Notes: generated from the letters alone by a model not told the origin. 64,000 nucleotides of DNA from Flavobacteriales bacterium (GCA_016722445.1 JADKIZ010000017.1:21853-85852); one strand, 5' to 3'. Positions 41,026 to 53,144 are shown, numbered from the stretch's first letter. Numbers and translations are program-made.

Positions 41026-41376
41026 ATGTCATCACACAATCCCCCTTTGACTTGGAGTGAATTTGAGCGAGTTGAGATGCGCGTCGGCACAATCGTGTCT
41101 GCGCAGGTATTTGAAGAAGCGCGACATCCTGCATACAAACTTCAGATTGATTTTGGTGCTGAAATCGGCACACGAAAGAGCAGTGCACAAATCACTGATC
41201 ACTATCGACCAGAGGATTTGATTGGTAAACAAGTGATTGCTGTGGTGAATTTTCCACCCAAACAAATTGGACCATTCATGAGCGAGTGTCTTGTTTTGGG
41301 GGCGGTACAGTCAGACAAATCGGTGATCCTTTTATCACCTGAGAAATTGGTCGAAAATGGCCTTCACATAGGATGA
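41026..41376 (+). CDS. tRNA-binding domain protein (CsaA/YgjH-like, EMAP fold)
   Basis: 'FERVEMRVGTIVSAQVFEEARHPAYKLQIDFG...VIAVVNFPPKQIGPFMSECLVLG' is typical of the tRNA-binding OB-fold. Confidence 0.75.
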   Translation: MSSHNPPLTWSEFERVEMRVGTIVSAQVFEEARHPAYKLQIDFGAEIGTRKSSAQITDHYRPEDLIGKQVIAVVNFPPKQIGPFMSECLVLGAVQSDKSVILLSPEKLVENGLHIG

Positions 41377-41408
41377 CCGATAATAACGATTGAAAGACAT
41401 TGCTCCTT

Positions 41409-43441
41409 TTATTGCTTCATCATGCGGCAGACGTATTTTCGGTTTTCCCCATTCATAACAAAGAAATACATGCCGGTCGACCAATTCGTTGTATCAATCA
41501 GATGTCGGCCTTTCATGAAGAAATAACGATCAATGATTTTTCCGTCCGGTATAGATTATCACAAAGGTAGTTGCAAGGCATATCCATTTGATATTATCCT
41601 GAAAAGGATTCGGATAGGCTTCGAATATTTTGTGATCATAACTCAAATATGAATCAAGCATCACAAGCTCACAATCAGTGGTATCAATACATCCATTGAG
41701 CGAAATTTCAAGAGCATAAGATCCATTCTCAGTTACCACAAAATCATGATCAACCGCATCAGTAATCATTTCATAGTTGTTATTACAATCCAACCATTGG
41801 TATAAAGCACCAGAAGTAATGCTACTTAATGTCACCATTGGTTTCAATTTCAGCAATGATTTGAGTATAAGCCAAAATGGTTACAACAATACTGTCACAA
41901 CCATTGATAGCAATGAATTTATCTTCGTACACGCCATCATGGGTATAAGTAGAATTTCCGACCATGATGGAATCACCCGGACATAAATTGAAGGATTGAG
42001 AAGTGCCGATGTCTGGGCATATTGTTTCCAATTTGAAAAGGGCAATATCATGTCCACCCACGAGATCATAGAGGATCAAATCATCCCCTTGATCAAAATC
42101 AAGCGAACCGCCTACCCATCCACCAACATATACTTCCCCACTTTCAGAAACACAAGTTGTGTAGGCATAGTCATTTTGAGGGCTTCCAGTTCCATATGTC
42201 CAAACGAAATCACCATTCATTGTATACTTACTTACGAACATATCTTGCAATCCATTGGAGGTGATGATGGCAGAAGCATTACCAGGATCCATGTCAGGTG
42301 ATCCCTCAAATAGACCTGAAACATAAACATTTCCATTGCCATCCACATTTACACCTTGTCCATAATCAGGATTCACTCCTCCATAATTTTTAGCCCAAAT
42401 AAGATTTGCATCTAGATCATACTTGCAAATGATACCATCTGCCTGTCCATTAGAGGTCAATAAGAATTGATTTTCGCTCGGGTCAAAATCACAAGTACCT
42501 TTAAACCATCCACCAGCACATAGATAGCCTGAAGGGTCCTCATTAAAAAAAACATAGTCTTCCAAAGGACCACCGATTGTTTTTACCCATTCGAATTGTC
42601 CTGCGCTTTGAAATTTAGCGATGAAAGAATCAACATTACCGGCAGATTGAACAAGTTCGGAAGAATTGGGATTGAAATTCACTTGATTCCTGAATGCCCC
42701 AGAAACATAAACGGCGGATTCGGTGAGTATGATAGAACCACCATAATCCCACCCAGTTCCTCCGGCGGCATAAACCCATATAAAATTTCCGAGTTGATTT
42801 AATTTCAATAAATAGATATCTCGTTCTGAAGCAGACCTCAATTCAATTCCTTGCCCGCTATCAAAATCAACTTCATTCATAAAAGCACCAGTAACATAAA
42901 CGTTACCATCTGCATCTGGCATGACCGCGTAACCCATATCAGTGCTATCACCTCCAAAAGAATAAACCCAAATAAGGTCGCCTTGTCCATTCATTTTTAG
43001 TACAAAAACATCTTGTAGTCCGTTAGAAGTCAACACATAGGAATTCACCCCGCTATCGAAATCAACACTTCCTGAGAAGTAACCAGTCACGAAAATATTT
43101 CCTTGTTCATCGCACTGCACATATCTGGCAAAATCCTCAAGTTCACTTCCAATTTGTTTCACCCATTGCAGGTTAGACTCACTATCATATTTAGCGATAT
43201 ACAAATCCATATCGCCATTCGCAGTCATTTCATTAACCCCCGGTCCTGGATCAAAATCAATGGTGGCATAAAAACCACCGACGATGATGATGTGCCCATT
43301 TTGATCGACTGTCACACTATGAATGTCCTCATTTGAACTACTTCCCAGGCCAAAGGCCCAAGTCATTTCCGGAGTTTGAGCGGTGAGACCCACTGTAAAA
43401 CAAACCGCGGACATGCTAAAAAACAAACAAAGAAATTTCAT
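41409..43441 (-). CDS. T9SS-secreted SBBP (beta-propeller) repeat protein, with the type A CTD spread over three frames (two apparent frameshifts near 41530-41560 and 41822-41856)
   Basis: Repeats such as 'GNIFVTGYFSGSVDFDSG' and 'GNVYVTGAFMNEVDFDSG'. The CTD begins 'FEAYPNPFQDNIKW' and continues in another frame as '...RYFFMKGRHLIDTTNWSTGMYFFVMNGENRKYVCRMMKQ*'. Confidence 0.7.
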
Positions 43442-43772
43442 TGTATACCATAATTTGTGATACTACAAAGATGCTCTCTTATCATCAATTCCATATTTGA
43501 AAATGTTTTTTGTTGAATCCAATTATCCTATGAGATCATCATTCAATGAGTAAATTCAATTCGGAATTGTGTTTGACCATGCGATATGACAATGCAACAG
43601 CTCCGATACCCTTTACATGAAGGCATTCATTAGCGACTTGAAAATATAGGTCGAGGCATATCCCAAAAGGAAAGATTCAAGAAAATGATAGGTATCAACG
43701 GTTTCTATCGCACAAAAAATATTTTGACAGTCTGAACTGAGTTGAAGGAATTATCTTGCACACCTTTTATAT

Positions 43773-44990
43773 ATGTCTAGCAAGCTAAAGCCCAGTGTTT
43801 ATTTCATTTTGGTGACGATGATGATTGATTCTATCAGTCTGGGTATCATCATTCCTGTCTTTCCAAAATTGATCATGGGCATGGAGCAATGCGATGAAAG
43901 TCGTGCTGCCATCATTGGATCATGGATGATGTTTTGGTTTGCGCTCATGCAATTTTTGATTTCACCCATTCTTGGCAATTTGAGCGATCGATACGGCAGA
44001 AGACCTATTCTTTTGCTTTCACTGTTTGGTTTTGGAATTGATTATCTCATACTTGCATTTGCGCCGACGGTTGGCTGGCTATATGTGGGGCGCATTCTGG
44101 CGGGCATCATGGGAGCGAGCTATACCACGGCAACGGCATATATCGCTGACATCAGTACAGAAGAAACCAGAAGCAAGTATTACGGCATGTTGGGCGCTGC
44201 TTTCGGACTCGGTTTTATCATCGGACCGGGCGTTGGAGGTTTACTTCAAATGTTTGGCGAACGTGTACCCTTTATCGCTGGAGCTGTTCTTTCCTTTTTA
44301 AACTGGATTTACGGTTATTTCATTCTGCCGGAAAGTTTATCCATGAAAGAGCGCCGCAGATTTGACATTAAAAGAGCCAATCCCATTGGGGCATTCAGAC
44401 ATCTATCGCAGTATAGAAAACTATTCGGTTTGCTCGCAGCATTCTTCTTGCTCTACCTCGCTGCACAGGCGGTGATGAGCAACTGGCAGTATTATACCAT
44501 CCTGAAATTCCAATGGGATGAAACCAAAATCGGTTTGTCCATTACTTTGATCGGTATCATGGTAGCTCTTGTTCAGGGTTTGTTGGTGAGATTCATCAAT
44601 CCAAAAATCGGCAATAAGAACGCAGTGCTTCTCGGATTGGGATTGTACACCATAGGACTTCTTTCATTTGGATTGGCACCAACTGGCACATGGATGCTAA
44701 TTGCATCTATTCCTTATTGCTTGGGCGGAATCAATGGACCGGCGATGCAAACCATCATGAGTTCGTCTGTTGCGAAAAATGCGCAGGGAGAATTGCAGGG
44801 AATGATTACGAGTGTGATGAGTATTACCTATATCATTGGACCGGTGATGATGGCTGGAATTTTCGAATACTTCACGAGCAAATCAACTTATTACTTTCCG
44901 GGTGCAGCCTTTGTGGCGGCGGCGATTCTGGTGTTTTTAGCATTGATCGTGAGTTATTTTTCACTGGAGAAAAAAATGACCGATGGCTAA
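43773..44990 (+). CDS. MFS transporter (TCR/Tet-like drug:H+ antiporter family)
   Basis: 12-TM topology and motif A 'GNLSDRYGRRPILL'. Confidence 0.8.
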   Translation: MSSKLKPSVYFILVTMMIDSISLGIIIPVFPKLIMGMEQCDESRAAIIGSWMMFWFALMQFLISPILGNLSDRYGRRPILLLSLFGFGIDYLILAFAPTVGWLYVGRILAGIMGASYTTATAYIADISTEETRSKYYGMLGAAFGLGFIIGPGVGGLLQMFGERVPFIAGAVLSFLNWIYGYFILPESLSMKERRRFDIKRANPIGAFRHLSQYRKLFGLLAAFFLLYLAAQAVMSNWQYYTILKFQWDETKIGLSITLIGIMVALVQGLLVRFINPKIGNKNAVLLGLGLYTIGLLSFGLAPTGTWMLIASIPYCLGGINGPAMQTIMSSSVAKNAQGELQGMITSVMSITYIIGPVMMAGIFEYFTSKSTYYFPGAAFVAAAILVFLALIVSYFSLEKKMTDG

Positions 44991-45127
44991 ACCCGGATCA
45001 TGAATTCGGATTTTACCCGACATCGAAAATCTATCTTTCAATATTCACAACACATTTTATCCAAAATATTTTGCGGGAAGTACACATGATACGTACTTCG
45101 CGTGACTTCTAAAAACCAAACAATTCT

Positions 45128-47044
45128 ATGTCTATTTCACTTCTCATTCATTATTGGTGGGTCATTGCTATCATACTTTGTTTAGTGATGTACAAACCCA
45201 TCCTCAGGATTTTCTTCGGAATGGTCATTGTTCCGGAAGACAAACTGGGACTGGTCACCAAAAAATTTGTCTTATTCGGATCGAATCGTGAGTTGCCAGA
45301 CGGGCGCATTATCGCCACAAAAGGTGAAGCCGGATATCAAGCGAGAACCCTTGCTCCAGGACTTTATTGGGGAATGTGGCCATGGCAATACGGCGTAGAC
45401 TTCCACCCTTTCACGGTCATTCCAGAAGGTAAAATTGGTTTGGTGCTTGCCAACGACGGTGTTGAAATACCTACGGGAAATATCCTTGCACGTAAAGTGG
45501 ATTGCGATAATTTTCAGGATGCACAACATTTTCTTGAAACGGGTGGACAAAAAGGTCGTCAGACTCACGTCATCACTGCTGGTACATATAGGATCAATTC
45601 CTACGCCTTCACCGTGACTATAGCGAATATGACCATCATACATGAGAACATGGTGGGAATCGTTACAGCGTTGGATGGTAAACCAATTCCAAGCGGACAA
45701 ATCGCAGGTCCTGATCTAACCGGACACAATAATTTCCAGGATTTCGATGGCTTCCTGTTGAATGGAGGTTCACGAGGTTTGCAACCACAAATTATCCTTG
45801 CCGGTTCCTACAACATCAATCCATGGGCAGTACAAATTGAAGAAGTACCCATGACAGATGTGCCTATCGGTCACGTTGGTGTTGTGATCTCTTATATTGG
45901 TGAAGACGGTAAAGACCTTACCGGTGACACATTCAAACACGGTAATATCGTAGCCAAAGGTCAGCGCGGTGTTTGGTTGGAACCACTTGGTCCGGGTAAA
46001 TATCCGATCAATTATTATACAATGAAAGTCGAATTGGTACCCACAACAAACCTTGTGCTGAATTGGGCCAATGCACGCAGTGAAGCACATTCACTGGATA
46101 AAAATCTTTCTACCATCACTGTGAGGTCGAAAGATGGTTTCCCTTTCAATCTCGATGTGGCGCAGATCATTCACATCCCGGCCAATGAAGCGCCGAAGGT
46201 GATTGCACGATTTGGTAGCATGAACAATCTGGTATCACAGGTACTTGAACCAACAATTGGTAACTACTTCAGAAACTCGGCGCAGGACAGTGATGTCATT
46301 TCATTCTTGAGTACACGTAAAGAAAGACAGGATTCTGCGAAGAATCACATCCGTGCGGTGTTGGAAGAATACAACGTGAACGCTGTGGATACATTGATCG
46401 GTGACATTGTACCACCAGAATCCTTGATGAAAACACTTACTGACAGAAAAATCGCACAGGAAGAAGAAAAAACATACGAAACACAACGTATGGCCCAGGA
46501 GAAACGCCAGGGTATGGAAAAAGAAACTGCGATTGCCGATATGCAAAAAGAAATTGTGAAGGCGCAACAGAGTGTGGAAATTGCACAACGCACTGCAGAT
46601 GCAGCAGTAAAGAAAGCCGAAGGGGATGCCAGCAGTCTGAAACTCCAGGTGAATGCAGAAGCAGAAGCGACGAAGATGCGCGCCAATGCCGAAGCCGAAG
46701 CGACAAGGGCCAGAGCGGGAGCACAAGCGGAAGCGACCAAACTCAATGCATCTGCCGAAGCAGAAAGAATTTCCAAAACAGGTTTGGCTGAAGCCGAAAA
46801 AATCATGGCCATTGGTAAATCCACTGCAGAAGCATACGAATTGCAGGTCAGCGCAATGGGAGGCGACAATTTCACGAAGTATAAAATCACAGAAGAAATT
46901 GGCAAAGGCAAGATTAAAATTATTCCTGAAGTACTTATCACTGGCGGAAATGGCAGTGATTCGCCAATCAGCGGATTACTCGGTATGCAATTGCTTGAGT
47001 ATATTCAAGAGAAGAAAGATGAGAAGAAGGAAGACAAGGAATAA
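45128..47044 (+). CDS. flotillin-family SPFH protein (YqiK-like) with a long Ala/Glu-rich coiled-coil tail
   Basis: N-terminal TM, SPFH core, then 'EATKMRANAEAEATRARAGAQAEATKLNASAEAER...' repeats. Confidence 0.8.
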   Translation: MSISLLIHYWWVIAIILCLVMYKPILRIFFGMVIVPEDKLGLVTKKFVLFGSNRELPDGRIIATKGEAGYQARTLAPGLYWGMWPWQYGVDFHPFTVIPEGKIGLVLANDGVEIPTGNILARKVDCDNFQDAQHFLETGGQKGRQTHVITAGTYRINSYAFTVTIANMTIIHENMVGIVTALDGKPIPSGQIAGPDLTGHNNFQDFDGFLLNGGSRGLQPQIILAGSYNINPWAVQIEEVPMTDVPIGHVGVVISYIGEDGKDLTGDTFKHGNIVAKGQRGVWLEPLGPGKYPINYYTMKVELVPTTNLVLNWANARSEAHSLDKNLSTITVRSKDGFPFNLDVAQIIHIPANEAPKVIARFGSMNNLVSQVLEPTIGNYFRNSAQDSDVISFLSTRKERQDSAKNHIRAVLEEYNVNAVDTLIGDIVPPESLMKTLTDRKIAQEEEKTYETQRMAQEKRQGMEKETAIADMQKEIVKAQQSVEIAQRTADAAVKKAEGDASSLKLQVNAEAEATKMRANAEAEATRARAGAQAEATKLNASAEAERISKTGLAEAEKIMAIGKSTAEAYELQVSAMGGDNFTKYKITEEIGKGKIKIIPEVLITGGNGSDSPISGLLGMQLLEYIQEKKDEKKEDKE

Positions 47045-47072
47045 CAAAACATATTTTATTGACATCAAAATG

Positions 47073-47096
47073 AAAAGCCACCTCCGGGTGGCTTTT
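47073..47096. terminator. bidirectional hairpin terminator between the flotillin (+) and aminotransferase (-) genes
   Basis: aagccacc-tccg-ggtggctt with flanking A/T. Confidence 0.6.
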
Positions 47097-47108
47097 CATT
47101 TTCTCTCC

Positions 47109-47912
47109 TCACGAAAATTGTTTGTAATAACGTTTGGTGCGATAAGCCACCACCCATTCGATTCCTTTCGCGGCATTGGTGAGGAACATCTCGTCAGCAG
47201 CGAGAAGATTTTGAGGATTCAATGTGCACTCGTACACTTTGATTTTATTCTCAAGTGCGAGATTAATGATGTTCATACGCATGGTACCCGCAATACAACC
47301 ATCCTCCAACGTCGGTGTGTATAGAACACCATTTGAAACAATGAAAACATTGCTGGATGTCGACTCGATAATCGACAACTTATTGTTCTGGATGAGTGAC
47401 TCATCCAAACCTTTATCTCGCGCGTGAATGGCAGCCATCACATAAAGCTGACAATTCAACGTTTTATAGACAGATAGTTTATTGACATCCTTTTTAAATT
47501 CCATGTAGATGTCGACCATTTTACCCGTTGTATTCAAAACGAATTCATTGTCTAAAATGGCTTCAGCTTCGATATAATATCCGAGATCATCCTGTTTTGG
47601 CAAATAAAATCCGGTAGACTTTCTGTAGAAGGTAATTCTAACACGTCCACCTTTATCGATTCTATTTCGGTGAAGTAAACCCTGTATTTGATTGGATAAA
47701 AGTTCCAGAGAAAAATTTTCTGCGGGTTGTAGCTTCAGTGCCCGGATGGTATCTGTGATACGCGCAAAATGCGTTTCCAGAAACAATGCCCTACCATTCA
47801 CAACGCGCATACTTTCGAAGAAACCATCGGCAAAACGAAAAGCACGATTGTCTTTAGCAATCGTTGCCTGGTTTTCGTTTACGTATTCTCCGCGGTGAAA
47901 GACGTAGTTCAT
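47109..47912 (-). CDS. class IV aminotransferase (branched-chain aminotransferase / aminodeoxychorismate lyase family)
   Basis: 'AFRFADGFFESMRVVNGRALFLETHFARI' and 'GCIAGTMR' are fold-type IV PLP enzyme motifs. Confidence 0.7.
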   Translation of the reverse strand: MNYVFHRGEYVNENQATIAKDNRAFRFADGFFESMRVVNGRALFLETHFARITDTIRALKLQPAENFSLELLSNQIQGLLHRNRIDKGGRVRITFYRKSTGFYLPKQDDLGYYIEAEAILDNEFVLNTTGKMVDIYMEFKKDVNKLSVYKTLNCQLYVMAAIHARDKGLDESLIQNNKLSIIESTSSNVFIVSNGVLYTPTLEDGCIAGTMRMNIINLALENKIKVYECTLNPQNLLAADEMFLTNAAKGIEWVVAYRTKRYYKQFS

Positions 47913-47921
47913 GCCATCCTT

Positions 47922-48402
47922 TTACGCTAAATTACGAATGACCTGAAGTAGGTCACCGTTGGTTTCCATTAAAATTCCCTTTACGCCTGCATCATTTGCA
48001 CATTTGATGTCTCGCTCTTTGTCGCCAATCATCCAACTTTGCGATGCATCCAACTTAAATCTTGCCAATCCCCGTTCCACCATGAGACGTTCGGGTTTTC
48101 TTGTGAGTGAATTTCCGAAATCCGGGTGATGTGGTGAATAATAAATGTGGGTTATTTCAACACCAGACTTTTGACAAACCTCGCAGAAGTACCGATGTAT
48201 CCTTTTACCTCATCTTCACTGTAAAGTCCCTTTGCAATTCCCCTTGATTTGTGATCAATATAATCTTGTATCCCTTGTCACGGGCAAGCTGCAGACCTTC
48301 GATCACATTTGGAAGAATCACGAACTCTTCGAGAGAATAAGTATAATCACCGGGATCATGATTGATCACTCCATCCCGATCCAGAAATAATCCTTTTGCC
48401 AT
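47922..48402 (-). CDS. HAD-IIIA phosphatase (GmhB / histidinol-phosphatase-like), split by a frameshift near 48205
   Basis: N-terminus 'LFLDRDGVINHD...' (DxDx motif). The C-terminus lies in another frame: '...MIGDKERDIKCANDAGVKGILMETNGDLL'. Confidence 0.65.
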
Positions 48403-48436
48403 TCGAGGTGCAAGCTAATTAAGAACTGAGTACATC

Positions 48437-49753
48437 TCATGATGAAACGCGCACACGTGGATCGATCCAGCCATAAATGATGTCAACAAAGAGATTGATG
48501 AGGACAAAAACAGCGGCGATCACAATCACACCCCCCATCACTACTGGCATATCCTGATTTTCTATTGCCGTGAACATTTGTTGCCCCAAACCTTTCCATC
48601 CAAAAACAAATTCTACAAAGATGGCACCTGCGAGCAAAGAAGCCAGCCAGCCGCTCACTGCGGTGATCACAGGATTGAGGGCGTTGCGCAAGGCATGTTT
48701 ATAGATAATCCTGAATTCACTCAGTCCTTTTGCACGTGCCGTGCGAATGAAATCTTGCTGCATCACATCGAGCAGAGAGCTTCTTGTCAATTGAACTATG
48801 ACCGACAATGGGCGAATCATCAAAGTAATCACCGGCAAAATCATGTTTTTCAAATCGAGGTATTCGCCCTTCCAAACATCCACGCTGTAAAGGCTACCAG
48901 TCATATTCAATCCTGTACCAGGTAAGTGTAGCGTAGCACGCAACCATGATTCTTTCGGGAAAAACAGCCAAGACAAAACAGCCATGCAGGTGAAGGCAAT
49001 GAATGCTGTCAAAGCCATTTTGCGGCGAGCCCAAGGCATTTTTTTCATGACACGCTCAGGAACAAAAGACACCACGATGGGCAGGATCAAAGCAGGAATG
49101 AGCCAAAAAGAAAAAGCAATTTGTTCCCTCCAGAGAATGGCGCCTATCCATGCCACGATGATGGCGACAAAAAAAGAAGGTCCGGCCATGCCCAATGCCG
49201 AAAGGAATAACATCAAACGATCATAAAATGCATCTTTGTTTAAAGCAGCGATGATACCCATGATCAAACCGATGAACATGGCGAAAGCAATTGAAATAAG
49301 TGCAAGCACAGCGGTACCTGGAAGTACTTCCCCAAGCGTTTCAGAAACACTTTTATCTGTCACGAATGATCTCTTCAAATATGGAAGTTTCAGATAGAAC
49401 GATCTCTGGTCACTCCAACCTATAAGTTTAAATCCATCATATTTTTTATCGTCGTAAAAAATCCTGCTCTCAGCAGTTACCGGATTATGCACGGAAATGG
49501 GCGAAATGTCATTGACGTAGAGCGCAAACCTCTTCGCCACCGGTAGATCTAAATCCATTTTGCGACGAAGGTTCTGGATCACTTCTTCTGAAGCATTTTC
49601 ACCTGCGAGGTTTCGCGCAGGATCACCCGGTGCCAGATTGAATAGAAAGAACACCACCGCTACCACACCAAGTAGTACGAGCAATCCATATCCTGTTTTT
49701 TTGAGAAAAAATCTGATCATGGCAGCAATCTGTGCAGCCGCAAATCTCAACAT
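48437..49753 (-). CDS. ABC transporter permease (Opp/Dpp/Nik type, BPD_transp_1)
   Basis: Multiple TM segments and the EAA-like region '...IRTARAKGLSEFRIIYKHALRNAL'. It has a long periplasmic insert between TM1 and TM2, typical of OppB-like permeases. Confidence 0.75.
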   Translation of the reverse strand: MLRFAAAQIAAMIRFFLKKTGYGLLVLLGVVAVVFFLFNLAPGDPARNLAGENASEEVIQNLRRKMDLDLPVAKRFALYVNDISPISVHNPVTAESRIFYDDKKYDGFKLIGWSDQRSFYLKLPYLKRSFVTDKSVSETLGEVLPGTAVLALISIAFAMFIGLIMGIIAALNKDAFYDRLMLFLSALGMAGPSFFVAIIVAWIGAILWREQIAFSFWLIPALILPIVVSFVPERVMKKMPWARRKMALTAFIAFTCMAVLSWLFFPKESWLRATLHLPGTGLNMTGSLYSVDVWKGEYLDLKNMILPVITLMIRPLSVIVQLTRSSLLDVMQQDFIRTARAKGLSEFRIIYKHALRNALNPVITAVSGWLASLLAGAIFVEFVFGWKGLGQQMFTAIENQDMPVVMGGVIVIAAVFVLINLFVDIIYGWIDPRVRVSS

Positions 49754-49823
49754 CAGGAAGGAGATTCAGCCGCTAAACCCCATCAGTTATGAACCACACC
49801 AAGCGGGAAAAATGCAAAAGTCC

Positions 49824-50734
49824 CTATTGGTTTGACTTCACAAAGTCGGCTACGCGTTTACTTACATCGGCAACTGATTGTCTGCCGATGTGATTGCCAT
49901 CTGTGAAGGCGACCTGATCATTTTCTGAAGAAATATCCAGGTAAGGCAGATTCATTTCACGGGCAAATTCGCGGATGATCACATCAAAAGATTTGTTCTG
50001 TTCCATTTCAATGCTGAGCATTTCGTCGGAAACAGGAAGTCTTACAAGATAAACCTTACCGTACTGACGGAGGTATTCAGCGGTTTTTCCGAGCCACGAT
50101 AAACGCGTTGAAGAAAATGTGTACCGTTGAAGTGTTTCTTCACGATAGAGTTTCATACGTTCCCTGGTTCGTTTAGAAACACTTGCGCTATCCGTAGGAA
50201 CGATTACTTCAAGCCATCCATTCTCATGTAAGTGCAATTGACTGTCTTGTTTTTTCGTCAGAATATTGAAATACGAACCATCATAATATTTGAGGAGATA
50301 CAGAAAATTCGGTTTGGAATTCACACTCCACATACCACTTAACATCAATTCATTTTCCCGAAATAATTTTTCATCATCCGGATTGTTTTTATCTGAACCA
50401 ATATTCCAGGGATCTACGGTCAAAATAAAAATTCCATCCTTCTTTTCTGCCGCGTGTTTCTGTTGAATGCTTTTCAGATAGACAGGTCCATATGGACTAT
50501 GCTCATTGGTAAATGAGTAATTGAAGAATCATTGCGATGAAGTTCCTGATTCAAAACCTCTGGATTCAATCCCTGAGCCGCCCTCGAAGTCCCGAGAATG
50601 AAAGCATGTTGTTTGGGAGTTGTAAACCTGCCATAGAACTCATCCACTTCAAATCCAGCTCTGAACAACATGGCCATGAATACTCCCGCAACGAGGAGTA
50701 TAAACAGCGAAGTGTATGTCAGAAATTTTTTCAT
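49824..50734 (-). CDS. DltD/AlgJ-like SGNH-fold acyltransferase partner, N-terminal signal-anchor part in another frame (frameshift near 50423-50474)
   Basis: N-terminus MKKFLTYTSLFILLVAGVFMA + 'ILGTSRAAQGLNP' (Ser block). C-terminus '...VAFTDGNHIGRQ' (Asp/His block). Its start overlaps the stop of the upstream MBOAT gene. Confidence 0.6.
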
Positions 50735-50735
50735 C

Positions 50736-52200
50736 TTAAAACTGGAAGTAAATAAACTGTTGTTCTTTTCCCGCAAATAACAAAATGATCAAAGCCAATC
50801 CGAGGTAAAAAGACCATCTGACAGGTTTGGACCACGACAAACCAAAATGCGAGATGGCATACTGATACCTTCTTCCACTCCATTCCATTACAAAAAAGAA
50901 GAGGATGAATACCGGAAGATAAAATCCCACCTGAACAATCATATAATTGATGGCCTGTTGAATCAAGGATGAATTGAACAAACCGGTGATCATGCTTAAG
51001 ATGTAGTCCATTGCATCAGTAACTGAAGCGGCGCGGAAAAAAATCCATGCGATGACAGTCAAACCGAAAGTGAAGAGCATTTGAAACAACTCGCGGACGG
51101 AAGGCAACACGCTGTTTTGTGCGACGATCTCCATATTGTTTCTATTTCGGTTCAGAAGCAATAGAGGTAAAAAGTAAATGGCATTCAAAGCTCCCCAAAC
51201 AATAAAAGTCCAATTGGCGCCATGCCAAAAACCGCTCACCAGAAAGATGATGAAAGTGTTTCTTACCCTCATCCATGTACCACCTTTACTTCCGCCAAGC
51301 GGAACATAGAGATAATCCCGAAACCAGGAAGAAAGTGAGAGATGTGCCAGCGGCGCCAGAATTCGGCGATATCACGTGAGAAATATGGAAATGCAAAATT
51401 CCGCAGCAATTCAATACCGAACAAACGTGCAGTGCCAAGAGCGATATCAGAGTATCCCGAAAAATCGCCATAGATCTGTAAGGTGAAAAACAAAGCGCCA
51501 AGCAAGAGCGTCAGTCCGCCGTAACTATCCGAGTGATTAAATATGGCGTTGGCGTGTTCTGCACACAAATCCGCGATGACCATCTTTTTGAAAAGTCCCC
51601 AGAGAATTTGGCGAAGGCCGTCAACCGCTTTGTGATAATCGAAGGATCTTTCCTTTTTGATTTGGGGTAACAAGTGAGTGGCCCTTTCAATCGGACCAGC
51701 CACGAGCAATGGGAAGAAGCTCACAAAAACGGCGTAATCCACGAAATTTCTTTCGGCGGGAATACGATCATAGTAGATATCAATCACATATGATAGTCCA
51801 TGAAAAGTATAGAATGAAATACCAACCGGAAGGATGACCTGAATGGTCAGGGATCAATATTCATCCCGAATTGGCTCATCATCTCCGCAAATGAATCGGC
51901 GAAAAAATTATAATATTTGAATACTCCGAGGAACCCGAGATTGACGATGACGCTTAACCAAAACCAAAAACGCTTTCCCTTTCGATCGCTGGCATCTTGC
52001 ATTTTTAGCCCGGTGAAGTAATCCAACAAAGTAGAAAACATCAACAAGAAAAGGAAACGATAATCCCAGCAAGCGTAGAAGTAATAACTTGAAACCAATA
52101 AAAGAATATTCTGCCAGCGCAAATTTTTCTTGGTCAAAAACCAATACAATACAAACACCACCGGTAGAAAGATGGCAAATTGTATTGAGTTAAAAAGCAT
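50736..52200 (-). CDS. MBOAT-family membrane-bound O-acyltransferase (AlgI/DltB-like), in three pieces (two apparent frameshifts)
   Basis: 'FVDYAVFVSFFPLLVAGPIERA', 'EFWRRWHIS' and 'FLVSGFWHGANW' (the conserved His) are distributed over ORFs 51847-52278, 51269-51787 and 50736-51272. Confidence 0.75.
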
Positions 52201-52217
52201 ACAGGCAGCAGGTATTA

Positions 52218-53131
52218 TTATGGTTTGAAAGACTTGGCTTTCTCCTGATCGTAGTTTGGAATATCCGCATTGGCCCACATATTCACCACTACACCATTTT
52301 CAATGCAAACCAATCCTGGATTTGAACGAACAATAATTTTCAGTTCAGTACCATCATTGGTCAGAAAATCAAAAGCGTTTGATGATCAAACCTGAATTGT
52401 TTGAGTTGTTCGCCACTGCTCGATGAAACACCAAAAAACTTAGCACCATCTTTTTGAGCCTTAGCAGCAAAATCATTGATTTCAGCAATATGATCGGTAT
52501 TGAATTTATCAAGATTCCATGACACCAAAAGAAATACGCGGTCGTAATTCAAAATGCTGTCCTTCATCTCTTCGCCTTCCTCAGTCATCGGTGAAAAGTC
52601 CATGATGGCAGGTTCGTATCCATCTGAAATCTGTTTTGAATATGTCTTATCCTTTTGCAATTCCCACGGCGCTTTTTGAAGCGATTTTTCCTTGAGATAA
52701 GTATCGCTATCTACTTCTTTCGATTCACCTGTTTCTTTATTCTTCAACGTATAGACATTCACTGATTTTGGCGGTTGCAGATCGCGGATTTCCTGATTCC
52801 ACACCTCAAAGTTTTTATTCAGTTCCGCCAACACCGGGGTTATTGCCGGATTCGAAGACTGATTCGCCATGAGGTATTCGCGAAGGTTTACGATATTGCT
52901 GGTATCAGACAATTCTCCCTCAAAATCAATGGTATCAGCGGCAATAGGAACAATTTTTTCGCGGATAAAATCTGCAAGTGGAGTCATGGCAATCCTTTCT
53001 TCAGAAGAAGCCATTTGTAGTTTGAGGTCTTTACCAATCGCATAAGCGCGATAGTCTTTCAGTGGCAAATGAACCAAGGTCCAATATTGCAGAAACAACA
53101 TACCACCAATACACCGATGGCCATCAACCAT
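52218..53131 (-). CDS. thioredoxin-fold (TlpA/redoxin-like) protein lacking an obvious CxxC, with its C-terminal part in another frame
   Basis: 'YDRVFLLVSWNLDKFNTDHIAEINDFAAKAQKDGAKFFGVSSSS' has a TlpA-like layout with WNLDK where WCxxC is expected. The +1 frame continues '...FDFLTNDGTELKIIVRS...'. The start is uncertain. Confidence 0.4.
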
Positions 53132-53144
53132 TCTTTCGAATGGG

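Noticed and set aside
46301-46941. Minus-strand Ala/Ser-rich ORFs (141-198 aa) inside the flotillin gene
   Set aside because: They arise from the GC-rich Ala/Glu repeat region read on the opposite strand and are not supported as genes.
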